Assembly: GCA_963709585.1 (NCBI GenBank) | Contig: CAVPXI010000004.1 | Span: 170,547-234,546 of the forward strand | Reading direction: 5' to 3' | Length of the DNA: 64,000 nucleotides | Source of the DNA: Candidatus Dormiibacterota bacterium | GTDB lineage: Bacteria > Chloroflexota > Dormibacteria > Aeolococcales > Aeolococcaceae | In this document: positions 1 to 9,995 of the stretch, piece after piece | How positions within the stretch are numbered: position 1 is the stretch's first letter | Layout of the letters: each line of letters starts with the position of its first letter | Made by a program: the position numbers and the translations under genes | Notes under the pieces: model-generated | What the model saw: the letters and a program-made list of their open reading frames with translations, nothing else | Databases searched by the model: none | Told to the model about the DNA's origin: nothing

Positions 1-903
1 CGGACCCTCGAGCTCACCAAGCATTACGGGGCGGCCGTGGCGCTCTCGGGCCTGACCATGGTGGTGCCGCGTGGAGAGGTCTTCGGATTCCTCGGACCGA
101 ATGGCAGCGGCAAGACCACAGCGGTGAAGCTGCTCCTCGGACTCAGCCGGCCCACGGGCGGGGAGGCATGGGTGCTGGGGCGGCCGGCGGGGGATCGCCA
201 GACCCGGAGCAGGGTGGGGTATCTGCCTGAGCTCTTCCGCTACCAGGGCTGGCTCAGCGGCGCCGAGGTGCTCGGCCTCCACTGCCGGCTCGCCGGGCTC
301 GCTCGCGCCGAATGGCCCGCTCAGATCTCGAGGGCGCTGTCGACGGTCGGCCTCAGCGACCACGGCGACGCGAGGGTTGAGACCTTTTCCAAGGGGATGC
401 AGCAGCGTCTCGGCCTTGGCGTGGCGCTGCTCGGGAATCCGGATCTCGTGGTTCTCGACGAGCCCACCTCGGCGCTCGACCCGGTGGGCCGCGCCGATAC
501 CCGCACGATCATCCGGGATCTTCGGGATCGGGGGTGTGCAGTGTTTCTGAACTCCCATCTGCTCGGCGAGGTCGAGCAGATCTGCGATCGTGCAGCGGTC
601 GTCTCCGACGGCCGCGTCCTGGCGATCGGACGCCTCGACGAGCTCCTCGGCAGCGGCGGGGTGCGCATGCGGCTCACCGGGTTGACCGACAGCGGGCGGG
701 CTGCGCTCGCGCGCCGCGGCGCGCTCGCCGAGCACGACGGGTGGTTCGTGGTTAATGGTGTCGACGCGGATCTCGTCCCCGACCTGGTGGCGGAAGTGGT
801 GGCGAGTGGTGCGCGGGTGTATGCAGTCGAGCCGGTTCGCCAGACGCTCGAGGAGCGGTTCCTGGCGCTGATCGAGGCCGAGCAGGCGCGATGGCAGCGC
901 TGA
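1..903 (+). CDS. ABC transporter ATP-binding protein (5 prime partial)
   Basis: Reading frame is open from base 1. Walker A GPNGSGKTT, Q-loop, signature-like LSGG-type region and Walker B VVLDEPTSALD. The gene starts upstream of the window. Confidence 0.85.
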   Translation, partial: RTLELTKHYGAAVALSGLTMVVPRGEVFGFLGPNGSGKTTAVKLLLGLSRPTGGEAWVLGRPAGDRQTRSRVGYLPELFRYQGWLSGAEVLGLHCRLAGLARAEWPAQISRALSTVGLSDHGDARVETFSKGMQQRLGLGVALLGNPDLVVLDEPTSALDPVGRADTRTIIRDLRDRGCAVFLNSHLLGEVEQICDRAAVVSDGRVLAIGRLDELLGSGGVRMRLTGLTDSGRAALARRGALAEHDGWFVVNGVDADLVPDLVAEVVASGARVYAVEPVRQTLEERFLALIEAEQARWQR

Positions 904-1748
904 CCATCGCCCGGCTCACGATCCGCGAAGCCGCGCGGCGGAGGCTGCTGCTCGCGCTCGCCGTCCTCACGGTCATCGTCATCGGGCTCACCGGCTGGGG
1001 GTTTCAGCACCTCACCACCCTCACCAACCCCGACGGGACCCCGATCGCTGCCAGTGAGCTCCATCTCGCGACGTCGCAGGTGCTGGTGCTCGTCGAGTTC
1101 ATGTTCAGCGGCGTGCTCGCGCTCAGCGCCGTCGTGGTGGCCTCGCCGGCAATCTCGGGTGACGTGGAGTCCGGCGTCGCCCTCGCCATGCTGGCTCGCC
1201 CGCTCAGCAGGTACCAGGTGGTCCTCGGAAAGTGGCTCGGCCTCGCCGCGCTCATCGTCGTGTACGTCGCGGCCACGACGACCCTCGAGCTCGTGGTCGT
1301 GGGGCTCACGACGGGATACGTCCCACCTGGGCCTGTCGGCCTGGGCGCGTATCTGAGCGGCGAGGGGATCGTGGTGATGTCGCTCACTCTGCTGATCAGC
1401 ACACGGCTCTCCGGCATGACAGCCGGGGTGATCAGCCTGGTGCTCTTCTTCGTCGCCTGGATCGGCGGCATCGCCGGCGCGATCGGCGACGTGTTCGGCA
1501 GCCATGCGATCAAGAACGCCGGCACCATCACGCAACTGCTGCTGCCGACCGACGCGCTCTGGCGCGGGTCGGTGTACGAGCTCGAGCCTGTGCTGTACCG
1601 GGACATTCTCGGAGCGACGACCGAGCGCGCGGGCAATCCGTTCTTCGTCCAGTCCCCGCCCTCCGCGGTGTTCCTCGGATACGTCATCTTCTGGGTCGCT
1701 GCGATCGTGGCCCTGGCGGTGTGGAGCCTTAACCGCAGAGAGGTCTGA
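891..1748 (+). CDS. ABC-2 type transporter permease
   Basis: 285 aa with multiple hydrophobic TM segments. Overlaps the 3 prime end of the upstream ATPase gene by 13 nt, consistent with an operon. Confidence 0.7.
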   Translation: MAALTIARLTIREAARRRLLLALAVLTVIVIGLTGWGFQHLTTLTNPDGTPIAASELHLATSQVLVLVEFMFSGVLALSAVVVASPAISGDVESGVALAMLARPLSRYQVVLGKWLGLAALIVVYVAATTTLELVVVGLTTGYVPPGPVGLGAYLSGEGIVVMSLTLLISTRLSGMTAGVISLVLFFVAWIGGIAGAIGDVFGSHAIKNAGTITQLLLPTDALWRGSVYELEPVLYRDILGATTERAGNPFFVQSPPSAVFLGYVIFWVAAIVALAVWSLNRREV

Positions 1749-1967
1749 CCGAGGTCGGTCGAACCTGAGGGATCGAGTTGGGCCGGTAGCCTTGACAGTT
1801 CACCGACGCCAGGCGGATAGTGCGTTTGGTCAGTTAAGCACGATCATTGAGTTTGCAGAGAGGGGGCGTCATGACAGAGAGACAGGCTGGAAGCGAGGCT
1901 CGAGGCGTGAGAGGCCGCGCTACGGGCCCGTGGTCGAAGCCGGCGCTCGCGACTGATCGGAGCCGGG

Positions 1968-3606
1968 ATGACCCTCGCGCTGAGCGCGGTACTCTTCGGC
2001 GTCGGCGCGAACGGCCAGGTCGCGGCTTCGACAAAGAGCGGGGCGCTGAAGCCCTCGACGGTCGGCGAGCTCGACTGCAACGGCTACAGCCCGGCTCAGA
2101 AGTCGCTCCGAGCGATGACCTGCACCGACATCAAGGGCATTGCCGGCGTCGACAACCAGAACACCTGGGGCGGCAAGTTCTACGACAACGGCCAGTACAT
2201 CGGTCACGACGAGCCCGACACAACGTTCGTCTCGTCAGAGTCCCGGCTCCGGCAACAGCGTCACCTGGACGGAGAAACTTGGCTCCGATCCGACCGCTTT
2301 GCCCACAGTCGCGACCCCCGGGAAGGACGTCTCGCACTGGTTCGAGCTGTCGGTGGCCCCGTGGTTCTCGATGGCCCAGTGCGATCCAAACTCCTATCCG
2401 CAAGCACCCTGCACCCCCAACTCGGACGCCAACGCCCCGACGACCACATTCCCAGGCGGGGGATCGGCGTTCATGGAGATGCAGTTCTACCCGCCGGGCG
2501 ACGCGCCGTTCATCGACAGCGTGAGCTGTGACAACACCCATTGGTGCGCGGCGCTCAACATCGACAGCCTCGAGTGCACCAACGGCTTTGCCACGTGCAA
2601 CCCCAACTGCACCGAGCCGGTGAACTTCGCGTTCATCCAGACCAACGGCGTGCCGACCGGTCCGCCGAATCCGCAGACCACCAGTCCTGCCAAGTTCATC
2701 CCGAATGCGCACACGCTGCTCATGAACCCCGGAGACAAGATCGTGGTTCACATGGGGGATGCACCGGCGAAAGGCGGCGGAAACGCGTTCAAGGTCACCA
2801 TCGACGACCTGACCCTGCACAGGAGCGGGTTCATGCAGGCGTCGGCGGCCAACGGGTTCGCGAACACCTTGATGGCTGATTGCAGTGGCACCCCGTTCAA
2901 CTTCCAGCCTGAATACTCGACTGCGAAGAAGGGCAACATCACGCCATGGGCCGCACTCCAGACGAACATCAGCACCGAGTACGAGATCGGGCATTTCGAG
3001 GCATGCACCTCGGTGACCGACCCGATCGGCACCGGTGCGGGCGGATCCGGCGATCCTCTCTACAACAATTGCGTCGGGCCGTACAAGTCGACGGCCGACA
3101 CCGGCAGCCCGGAGGCCGACGCCGCGTGCTGGACCAAGGGAGACACGCACGGAACGCTCAACTCAACGCCTGATGAGGTCGCCGGCTGTCTTGCCAACAT
3201 CTTCCAGAACGGTGATCTCGATTTCGACGGAAGCGCCTACTGGGCCGAATGGCCGAAGGGAACGAGCGCGTCGACCTATCCCGCGAGCTTCGTGCAGGCC
3301 TTTCCGACCACGGGTGGGGCGCAGTACCCGAAGTTCTACTTCCAGACCGACATCGCCTTGAGCGAGAACACCTGCACGCCGACGACCTTGAGCGGCTGCA
3401 CGGTACCGCCGTCAGGTCCCGGCAATTTCTATCCGTACTGGAGTCAGACCAAGACGGGTGGGCAGTGTGTCCTCGAGTTCGGCAACGTCTCGGCGCTCGT
3501 CAACGCCTATGGAAAGGACGCGCAGTACGGGACCAACCAGTTCGCAACGATCGGCTACCCGGAGTTCGAAGGCCCGCTGCACAAGAACGCGTGCGCCACG
3601 AGTTAG
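1968..3606 (+). CDS. secreted Cys-rich protein of unknown function (frameshifted at ~2242)
   Basis: N-terminal signal peptide MTLALSAVLFGVGANGQVAAS in the 1968 frame. The body continues in the 2140 frame with many conserved Cys (CNPNC, CDNTHWC), no TM segments and a Thr/Pro/Gly-rich composition. The frames join at a CCC run (2242-2244). Confidence 0.6.
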
Positions 3607-3638
3607 GACTCGCTGATCGGCGACAGGTCATTCGCCTT

Positions 3639-3665
3639 GCCGGCTGAGCGTCGCGCTCAGCCGGC
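3639..3665. terminator. GC-rich hairpin between convergent genes (bidirectional terminator candidate)
   Basis: Perfect 12-bp inverted repeat gccggctgagcg/cgctcagccggc with a 3-nt loop, lying between the convergent secreted-protein and ABATE genes. Confidence 0.5.
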
Positions 3666-4237
3666 AGGTTGTGGCTGCGCGGTCGCGCCGGCGCGCTGCC
3701 GGGCTCGATAGGTCCGAGCCTTCTCGCGGGAGCCGCACACCCGCATCGAGCACCAGCAGCTGCGGCCGTTCTTGGAATGGTCATAGAACGCCCACCGGCA
3801 GCTGTCGCTCCGGCAGACCTTGAACCGCTCCCACGTGCCCATCAGGGTCGCCTCGACCAGCGCCGTCGAGATCATCCCGAGGAAGCTGTCGATCCCGCGG
3901 CAGTCGACCGCCAGGGTGGCTCCGTGTACCGAGAGGATCGGCCGCAACGGCGCGTGACCGAGGAGCTTCTCGAAGTTCTCACAGCCACGGCCGGATCGAC
4001 GTTCTCTCCTGTGTGTCCTTCGAGCAGATCCCGAAGCGCCTCCCGGGTCGCGATGAGCCGTTCCAGGTCCCGCTCGGAGACGGTGAGATCGGCCCCGGTC
4101 GCGTCATGCAGCCACTGGGCCGCCAGCGGAGCGGTGCGGAGCTCGTCAACCCCGTCGGGCATCTCGTTGCTGTTGATGAACTTCTGGACGAGCGCGAGCG
4201 ATCCCGGGGCAGGGTCGCGGGTTCCGGTGGTGGTCAT
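3657..4237 (-). CDS. ABATE domain / CGNR zinc-finger protein (putative stress-responsive regulator), frameshifted
   Basis: The N-terminal ORF (3872..4237) has ABATE-like LVQKFINS...REALRDLL. The C-terminal ORF (3657..3947) has the CGNR-type zinc finger CRSDSCRWAFYDHSKNGRSCWCSMRVCGSREKARTYR. The frames join near 3975-3990. Confidence 0.7.
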
Positions 4238-4280
4238 GTCAGGCGGTGCTCGCGATGGTCATCGTTACCAGTATACGCAT

Positions 4281-4309
4281 TTGACAAGTGATGAATCGTG
4301 CGGTAAGAT
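4281..4309 (+). promoter_or_regulatory. sigma70-type promoter (TTGACA-17-TAAGAT)
   Basis: Perfect -35 TTGACA at 4281-4286, a 17-nt spacer and a -10 TAAGAT at 4304-4309. It sits in an unusually AT-rich 110-bp gap and is followed by a strong SD (GGAGGA) and an ATG at 4352. Confidence 0.5.
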
Positions 4310-4351
4310 ATCACCAGTAAACCACCTTGAACGGTTACCCTAACGGAGGAC

Positions 4352-4591
4352 ATGATCATGAACGGACCGCAACTTATCGAGATGGCTCAGGTGGCTGAGC
4401 AGGAGCACATGATGCACGCCGTCATGGCACGCGCCCGCGCCCAGCAGCGTCGGGAGCTTCGCCGCCAGCTCGGCCCCGGACGCGTCGCCCGCGCCTGGAG
4501 CGCCTTCTGGGCCCCTCGCGACGTCGAGCTCGTCTACCGCCGCCGCGCGGGTGATGGGCCGGTCGACCTCACCCCCTGCGTCGACTGCTGA
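4352..4591 (+). CDS. small hypothetical protein (79 aa)
   Basis: ORF preceded by the consensus promoter and an AACGGAGGAC SD 6 nt upstream of the ATG. No recognisable domain. Confidence 0.4.
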   Translation: MIMNGPQLIEMAQVAEQEHMMHAVMARARAQQRRELRRQLGPGRVARAWSAFWAPRDVELVYRRRAGDGPVDLTPCVDC

Positions 4592-4651
4592 TCTGAGCCG
4601 CCAACTCCAATGCCTCCGGCGGGTCCCGCGCCGGAGGCAGGGGAGCGGCGG

Positions 4652-5470
4652 TCAGGGGGTGCCGGTGTGGAAGTACGTGGTGCTGCTCACCGGCGCGATG
4701 TCGATCCAGAGTGAGGCGTGGAATCCGCCACACAATGTCAGCGGCATGCCCGCCAGGGAGACGGCGCCATCGCCCTGTGGCGGCGTGATCAGCAGTGTCT
4801 GCGTCGACGCGCAAGGGGTGGGACCGTTGGGAACGTCGGAGTTCTCAAACGCGACGTACGCATTCTGGCCCGGTTGCAGGGTGACCAAGCGCACCGTCGG
4901 AAGCGTGCCATTGTTGTTGTTGAGCAGCGGGCCCCCGGCACTGTGAGTGACACCGAGCTGGAGCACGCGGCCGCCGATCACTCCCTGGAAGTTCACATAG
5001 CCCTTGAGCGTGCATGCCACTCTGCCGCCGTTGCGCAAGGCGATGTCGCCGCCGAGCGTGCCGGCAGCCCCGTCCTGGTCATGGAGCCGGGCGCTGAGGA
5101 CGCCCGCGGCGCATGGCTGGATCCCCTCAAGGGATGGCGACGGAGTCGGCGACGGCGTTGCGGTAGGGAGTATCGATGGAGAGAACGACGGCGCGATCAC
5201 CGGCGCGGTGGCGGCTGGCGCCGGATGACCGTTGCTCGAAGTGCCGTTGCGCAACGCGAGGCTGACGCCCAATGCGCCGCCCACGACAAGGACGACCATC
5301 GCTGCGGCGATCGCCGCGCCGATGCGCGGTCCCACGCGAAAACCGAAGCGGCCTGCGGGCCGCATCGCCGCCGCGAGCACGCGCTCTTCGGCGGCAGGAC
5401 CGGGAACTCTCGGGTCGACCACTTCGTGCAGTCGCGCGCGCAGCGTGTCTTCGATGTGGTCGTCGCTCAT
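4652..5470 (-). CDS. anti-sigma factor-like membrane protein
   Basis: Start MSDDHIEDTLRARLHEV overlaps the stop of the upstream ECF sigma gene (ATGA). One TM segment (IGAAIAAAMVVLVVGGALGVSLAL) is followed by a Pro/Thr/Ser-rich extracytoplasmic domain. Confidence 0.6.
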   Translation of the reverse strand: MSDDHIEDTLRARLHEVVDPRVPGPAAEERVLAAAMRPAGRFGFRVGPRIGAAIAAAMVVLVVGGALGVSLALRNGTSSNGHPAPAATAPVIAPSFSPSILPTATPSPTPSPSLEGIQPCAAGVLSARLHDQDGAAGTLGGDIALRNGGRVACTLKGYVNFQGVIGGRVLQLGVTHSAGGPLLNNNNGTLPTVRLVTLQPGQNAYVAFENSDVPNGPTPCASTQTLLITPPQGDGAVSLAGMPLTLCGGFHASLWIDIAPVSSTTYFHTGTP

Positions 5471-5985
5471 GAGCGTTCCTCCGATGCGATGAGGGTTGCG
5501 GCCAGCGCGGTCAGTCCGCGCCGCACCCGGGATCGGGCGGCCTCCAGGCTGCAACCGCTGGTTGCCGCGACCTCGTCGAACGAGAGGTCGAGGTAAAAGC
5601 GGAGCACCACCGCGAGCCGGATGTCGTGGGGAAGCCGGCGCAGCGCCCTGGATATGTCGACGCTTCCGGCGCTGTCAGCAGCCAGGGCGGCCGCACCGTC
5701 AGGCGGATCAGCGAAACGCAGCACCGAAGCCCAACGCGCCCGGCGGGTCTCGCGGCACTGATTGGCGACGATCGCGAGGAACCAAGGGCGCAGGTCGGTG
5801 CCGGGACGCTGGTTCTGACGCCGCCTCCATGCCCGCAGCGCCGCCTCCTGGACAGCATCCTCGGCGTCGTTCCGCTCGAGGCGCATCGCCGTGGCCAGGC
5901 GCAACGCCACGCCGAGCAGGGGTCGCAATTCGGCCTCGAAGGTCATGCTGCGCTCATCGAGATGTTGATCGATCGTTGCGGTCAT
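5467..5985 (-). CDS. ECF (sigma-70 family) RNA polymerase sigma factor
   Basis: Region 2 (EDAVQEAALRAWRRR...WFLAIVANQCRE) and region 4 (LRFYLDLSFDEVAATSGCSLEAARSRVRRG) are recognisable. Internal start at MTATIDQ. Translationally coupled to the downstream anti-sigma gene. Confidence 0.8.
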   Translation of the reverse strand: MTATIDQHLDERSMTFEAELRPLLGVALRLATAMRLERNDAEDAVQEAALRAWRRRQNQRPGTDLRPWFLAIVANQCRETRRARWASVLRFADPPDGAAALAADSAGSVDISRALRRLPHDIRLAVVLRFYLDLSFDEVAATSGCSLEAARSRVRRGLTALAATLIASEERS

Positions 5986-6073
5986 CGGGGCCCTGTCATA
6001 CCGCGCCGCTGCTGGGGTCACACTCCCTATACGGGTTGAGCATCCGAAACCGGCCGAATTCAACTCCGTGCCG

Positions 6074-7271
6074 TCAACCGGCACAGAGGTTGACGTGCTT
6101 CGCGGTGAGGATGTTCGCAACCGCGCCCATCAACCGGCCGCGCTCGAGCGTCCCCGCGTTGACGGCCGCCACCAGTGCCGCCGCGGTTGCCCTCGTGAGC
6201 GAAGCCACCTGGGCGGGTGCGGCCGTGTACAGGACCATGTCCGCGCCGGCGCTGATCGCCGCAACCACCGCCTTGGGAACCGAATAACCGATATCGGCGA
6301 GCGCTCCGGCTGACAGCGAATCGGTGATCACCAGGCCGTTGAACCCGAGCTGATCGCGGAGGAGGGAGGTCATCACCACCGAGGAGATGCTCGCCGGAAG
6401 GCTCGTCAGACCCGGCACCGACGCGTTGGCGATCATGACCGCAGGGGCGCCAGAAGCGAATGCGTTCTCGAACGGGCCGAGCCCGGCATGCTGCAGCGCG
6501 GGCCACGGCTGCGTGGTCGCGGGCGCCACCTCGGTGGTCCCGGAGGCCTGGCCGAGCCCGGGGAAGTGCTTGACGACCGGCATCACGCCACCGGCCTCGA
6601 GGCCCTGCAGGAAGGCGATGCCGTCTGCAGCCGCAATGCTTGGATTGAGGCTGAAGGATCGCGTGCCGTCAGGATCTCGGTTGTTCGGGCCCACGCCGTT
6701 GTCGAGATCGAGCACCGGCGCCAGGTCCATGGTCACCCCCGCGGCCCGCATGCGGAACGCGACGGCGGTGACCAGCCGGCGGATCTGTGCGGGCGACATG
6801 GTGGCACCCATCTGCCGCGCCGAGGGCAGCGAACCGACGAGATTCGCCATGCGCTGAACCACTCCCCCTTCCTCATCGGTCATCACCAGCGGTGCGATGC
6901 CGCCGGGTGCCGATGCCGTGAGGGTGCGCAGGCTCGAGCCGAGGTTGGCCGGGGCGGACGATCCGAAGAGAATGACGCCGCCCGCGCCGGCGGCGATCTC
7001 CCCACTCACCGACGCCACGTCGCTTTCCTGGACCGGGACCACCAGGGTCTGCTCCGCGAGCCGGGTCGAGGCTCCAGCTTGCGAGCACGCTCGTGTTCGT
7101 GCAGGCGTTCGAAGTCGGCGGCGGCGACGTGGACGGGGTCGCGGTCGGGCCTGCCGATGTGCTCGGGCGCGTCGATGCGGTCGGGCTCGTGGATGTGCCC
7201 GGAAGCGCGCAACCAGCGAGAATCGATGTGGCCGCGGCGATGGCCAGGAGCCTAGGTGTTGTCGATCGCAC
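6074..7271 (-). CDS. glycoside hydrolase family 3 beta-N-acetylhexosaminidase-like lipoprotein (NagZ-like), frameshifted
   Basis: The 7271 frame gives a lipoprotein signal (LAGC lipobox) plus a Pro/Thr/Ser linker. The 7042 frame gives the GH3 catalytic domain (GGVILF..., KHFPGLG, DSLSAGA). The frames join at a GGG run near 7061-7063. Confidence 0.75.
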
Positions 7272-7357
7272 AGGGGTTATACGGGCTGTATCCGGAAAAG
7301 GGGCCGAACCACGTTCGCGGCGCAGCCAAGACGACCACCCAACTCACGGAGCCAGAG

Positions 7358-8177
7358 CATGAAGTTCGGCGTGGTTCTCCCGGGCGGGACGGCGACCGAG
7401 CAACTCGAGCAGGCGGCGGTGGCAGAGGGCTCCGGATGGGATGGAGTGTTCGTATGGGAGGCGGCGTACGGCGTCGACGCCTGGACCCTGCTGGCGGCAA
7501 TGGCCACGCGGACCACGAGGGTGATGCTCGGCACCCTGCTGACACCGCTTCCCTGGCGGCGTCCGTGGAAGGTCGCCAGCCAGGTCGTGACGCTCGATCA
7601 GCTCTCCGCGGGACGCGCGATCCTCACCGTCGGGCTTGGCGCGATCTCGACCGACCTGCCGCTCACCGGCGAGGTCATCGATCTACGGGTGCGCGCCGAC
7701 CACCTGGACGAGGGCATCGACCTCATCCGGACACTCTGGGAGGGCGGAACGAGCTATCACGGGCGCCACTACCACTACCAGTGCGACCGAACAGACCTCG
7801 CGGAGGTCGGACGTCCGGTCCAGGAGCGCATCCCGATCTGGGTCGTCGGCGTGTGGCCGAGGGCGAAGTCTATGCGGCGCGTCCTGCGCTGCGACGGCGT
7901 GGTGCCCCAGATCGAAATCGCCGGACGCGCGGGATCGCCCGAGGATGTCCGCGACATGCGCGCCTGGCTGGCCGAGCGCGGCCGTGATGACATCGACGTG
8001 GCCATCGACGGCGAAACTCCCACCGGCGACCGCGGTGCCGCGGCAGCGCAGGTGGTGCCCTGGGCGGACGCCGGCGCTACCTGGTGGCTCGAGACTCGCT
8101 GGGAGATGCCGCATCACAGTGACGAGCGGATGCTCGAGATTCGGGAACGTCTGACGAGCGGACCGCCTTCCATTTGA
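7358..8177 (+). CDS. LLM-class (luciferase-like) oxidoreductase, possibly F420-dependent
   Basis: MKFGVVLPGG start with a TIM-barrel LLM family signature (AEGSGWDGVFVWE, ILTVGLG). The long N-terminal extension in the ORF track is Arg-rich junk and is rejected. Confidence 0.7.
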
Positions 8178-8183
8178 GCCGGA

Positions 8184-9030
8184 CTACCCCCAGACTTCGG
8201 CGGCGGTCTCGACGATGAGGCGGAGCTTCGCGACCTCCTCATCGTCGGTCAGGACGTTCCCTTCGACGGTGGCGGCGAATCCGCACTGCGGCGACAGGCA
8301 GAGTTGTTCGAGCGGCACGAACTTCGCGGCAGCCTCGATCCGTCGCTTGAGGTCGTCCTTCGTCTCCAGGCTGCCGCGTTTGGTCGTCACCAGCCCGAGC
8401 ACGACGTACTTGTCGTTCGGCACATAGCGGAGCGGCTCGAAGCCGCCGGAGCGAACGTCGTCGTACTCGAGAAAGAATCCATCGACGCCGAGCTCACCGA
8501 AGAGCGCTTCGGCAACGAAGTCGTAGCCGCCTTCCGCCACCCCTGAGGAGCGAAAGTTGCCCCGGCACATGTGGGTTGTGATCCGCATGCCCGGTGGCTT
8601 TGCGGCGAGGACGCGGTTGATGTTCCTGATGTACAGCTCGTGCTGATGCTCGCGGTCACCCCCCGAGCGATGCGATCAACTCGCGCTGGCGTGGATCGTT
8701 GAGATACGCGAGGCTCGTGTCGTCGAGCTGGAGATATATGCATCCCAGGTCACCGAGGGGGCGCACCTCCTCGGCGTACGCGGCGGTGAGATCGTTCCAG
8801 AATCGATCCATATCCGGGTACACCGACTGGTCGATCGCCGCGCGCCCGCCACGGTAATGCACCATGCTCGGCGACGGAATCGTGAGCTTTGGCGTAACAC
8901 CGTCGCTGACGTTGTCTTTCAGGTACCGGAAGTGGTCGGCGAAGATCGTCTCGCCGAGGCGGATGCGCTGGTTGATGCGCAATGCGGCAGGGGCGAAATC
9001 GAGAGTGCCGCCGTCGTTGAAGAACTGCAC
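8184..9030 (-). CDS. cobalamin-independent methionine synthase (MetE C-terminal domain) family protein, frameshifted
   Basis: Two adjacent ORFs (8656..9030 and 8184..8588) are reunited by removing one C from the C6 run at 8658-8663. That gives LIASLGGDREHQHELYIRNINRV...HMCRGNF, where HMC is the Zn-binding motif of the MetE family. The N-terminal boundary is uncertain. Confidence 0.65.
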
Positions 9031-9219
9031 GTGCAGCTTCTCGTCGGCCTGCGTGACACCGCGGTGATCGTCCCCGCGGACTTCTGGGCTCGCGCCTGCA
9101 TCAGCGCCGCGGGACGCAGGAGGCCGCCAACGTGGTCGGCGCGAAAGGGTGGCTCTGCGCGTCTGCTCATCGCTGTTGCTCGTCGATCCTGATCAGCGCG
9201 GTAGCGTACCCGATGCCGC

Positions 9220-9255
9220 AACCGGTTGCCGGCGCTGTCCTGCGGCAGACCGGTT
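9220..9255. other. nested GC-rich stem-loop in divergent intergenic region
   Basis: aaccggt-tgccg-[11 nt loop]-cggca-g-accggtt gives a 12-bp interrupted stem. It lies between the divergently transcribed MetE-like and azlC genes. Confidence 0.35.
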
Positions 9256-9287
9256 CGGGACACGGATTCCCTACGCTTGCGCCGTCG

Positions 9288-9995
9288 ATGTCCGAGCCGT
9301 CCCGAAACGACCATCCCAATGGCGCCGTGAACCGGACGCCGGCCGAACGCCGGATCCGAAATCGCGCGTTGACCATCGAACTCAGCGTGACCCCCTTCGG
9401 GTTGTCGTTTGGGGCGGTGTCGGTGGAAGCGCATCTGAACCTGATCCAGGTGTGTTTGCTATCGCTGGTCTTGTTCTCCGGGGCGTCGCAGTTCGCGCTC
9501 GTCAGCATCATCGGCGCTGGCGGTTCGTACTTCTCCGCGGTGGGGACGGCGCTGCTGCTCGGAGTCCGCAACGGCCTGTATGGCGCGCGCATCAACGCGC
9601 TGCTCCGCCCGTCGGGCTGGCGTCGCCTCGTGATGGCGCAGGTCACCATCGATGAGAGCACCGCGATGGCGGTCAGCGAAGCGCCATCGGGTCACTCGGC
9701 GCGTGCGTTCTGGTCAACCGCACTGAGTGTGTACGTGCTCTGGAACGTGTCGACGAGCATCGGGGCTCTGGTGGGCAACGCCCTCGGCTCGCCGGCCACG
9801 ACGGGACTCGACGTCGCCGGGCCCGCCGCGTTCATCGCCCTGCTCGCGCCACGCCTCACCACGCTCCGCCTGCGCCTGGTTGCGCTCGGATCCGGGGTGA
9901 TCGCGCTGGTCACCGTTCCCATCGTGCCGGTCGGGGCGCCGGTTCTCATCGGTGGCTTGACGGCGGTCGCCCTGCTCCTGGTGTTGGATCGATGA
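9288..9995 (+). CDS. azlC: AzlC family branched-chain amino acid permease
   Basis: Multi-TM protein with the AzlC signature (FGLSFG, SGASQFALVS). Its ATGA overlap with the downstream azlD is the classic azlCD pair. Confidence 0.8.
   Translation: MSEPSRNDHPNGAVNRTPAERRIRNRALTIELSVTPFGLSFGAVSVEAHLNLIQVCLLSLVLFSGASQFALVSIIGAGGSYFSAVGTALLLGVRNGLYGARINALLRPSGWRRLVMAQVTIDESTAMAVSEAPSGHSARAFWSTALSVYVLWNVSTSIGALVGNALGSPATTGLDVAGPAAFIALLAPRLTTLRLRLVALGSGVIALVTVPIVPVGAPVLIGGLTAVALLLVLDR

Noticed and set aside
321-1535. 404-aa minus-strand ORF antisense to the ABC ATPase/permease genes
   Set aside because: Arg/His/Asp-rich low-complexity translation typical of the antisense frame of high-GC coding DNA. 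The sense-strand genes have clear ABC motifs.
1792-1830. TTGACA hexamer upstream of the secreted-protein gene
   Set aside because: No acceptable -10 element at 16-19 nt spacing. Not reported as a promoter.
6897-7357. N-terminal 150-codon extension of the LLM oxidoreductase ORF
   Set aside because: Poly-Arg/Gly junk that overlaps the NagZ gene on the other strand. The conserved start MKFGVVLPGG is at 7358.
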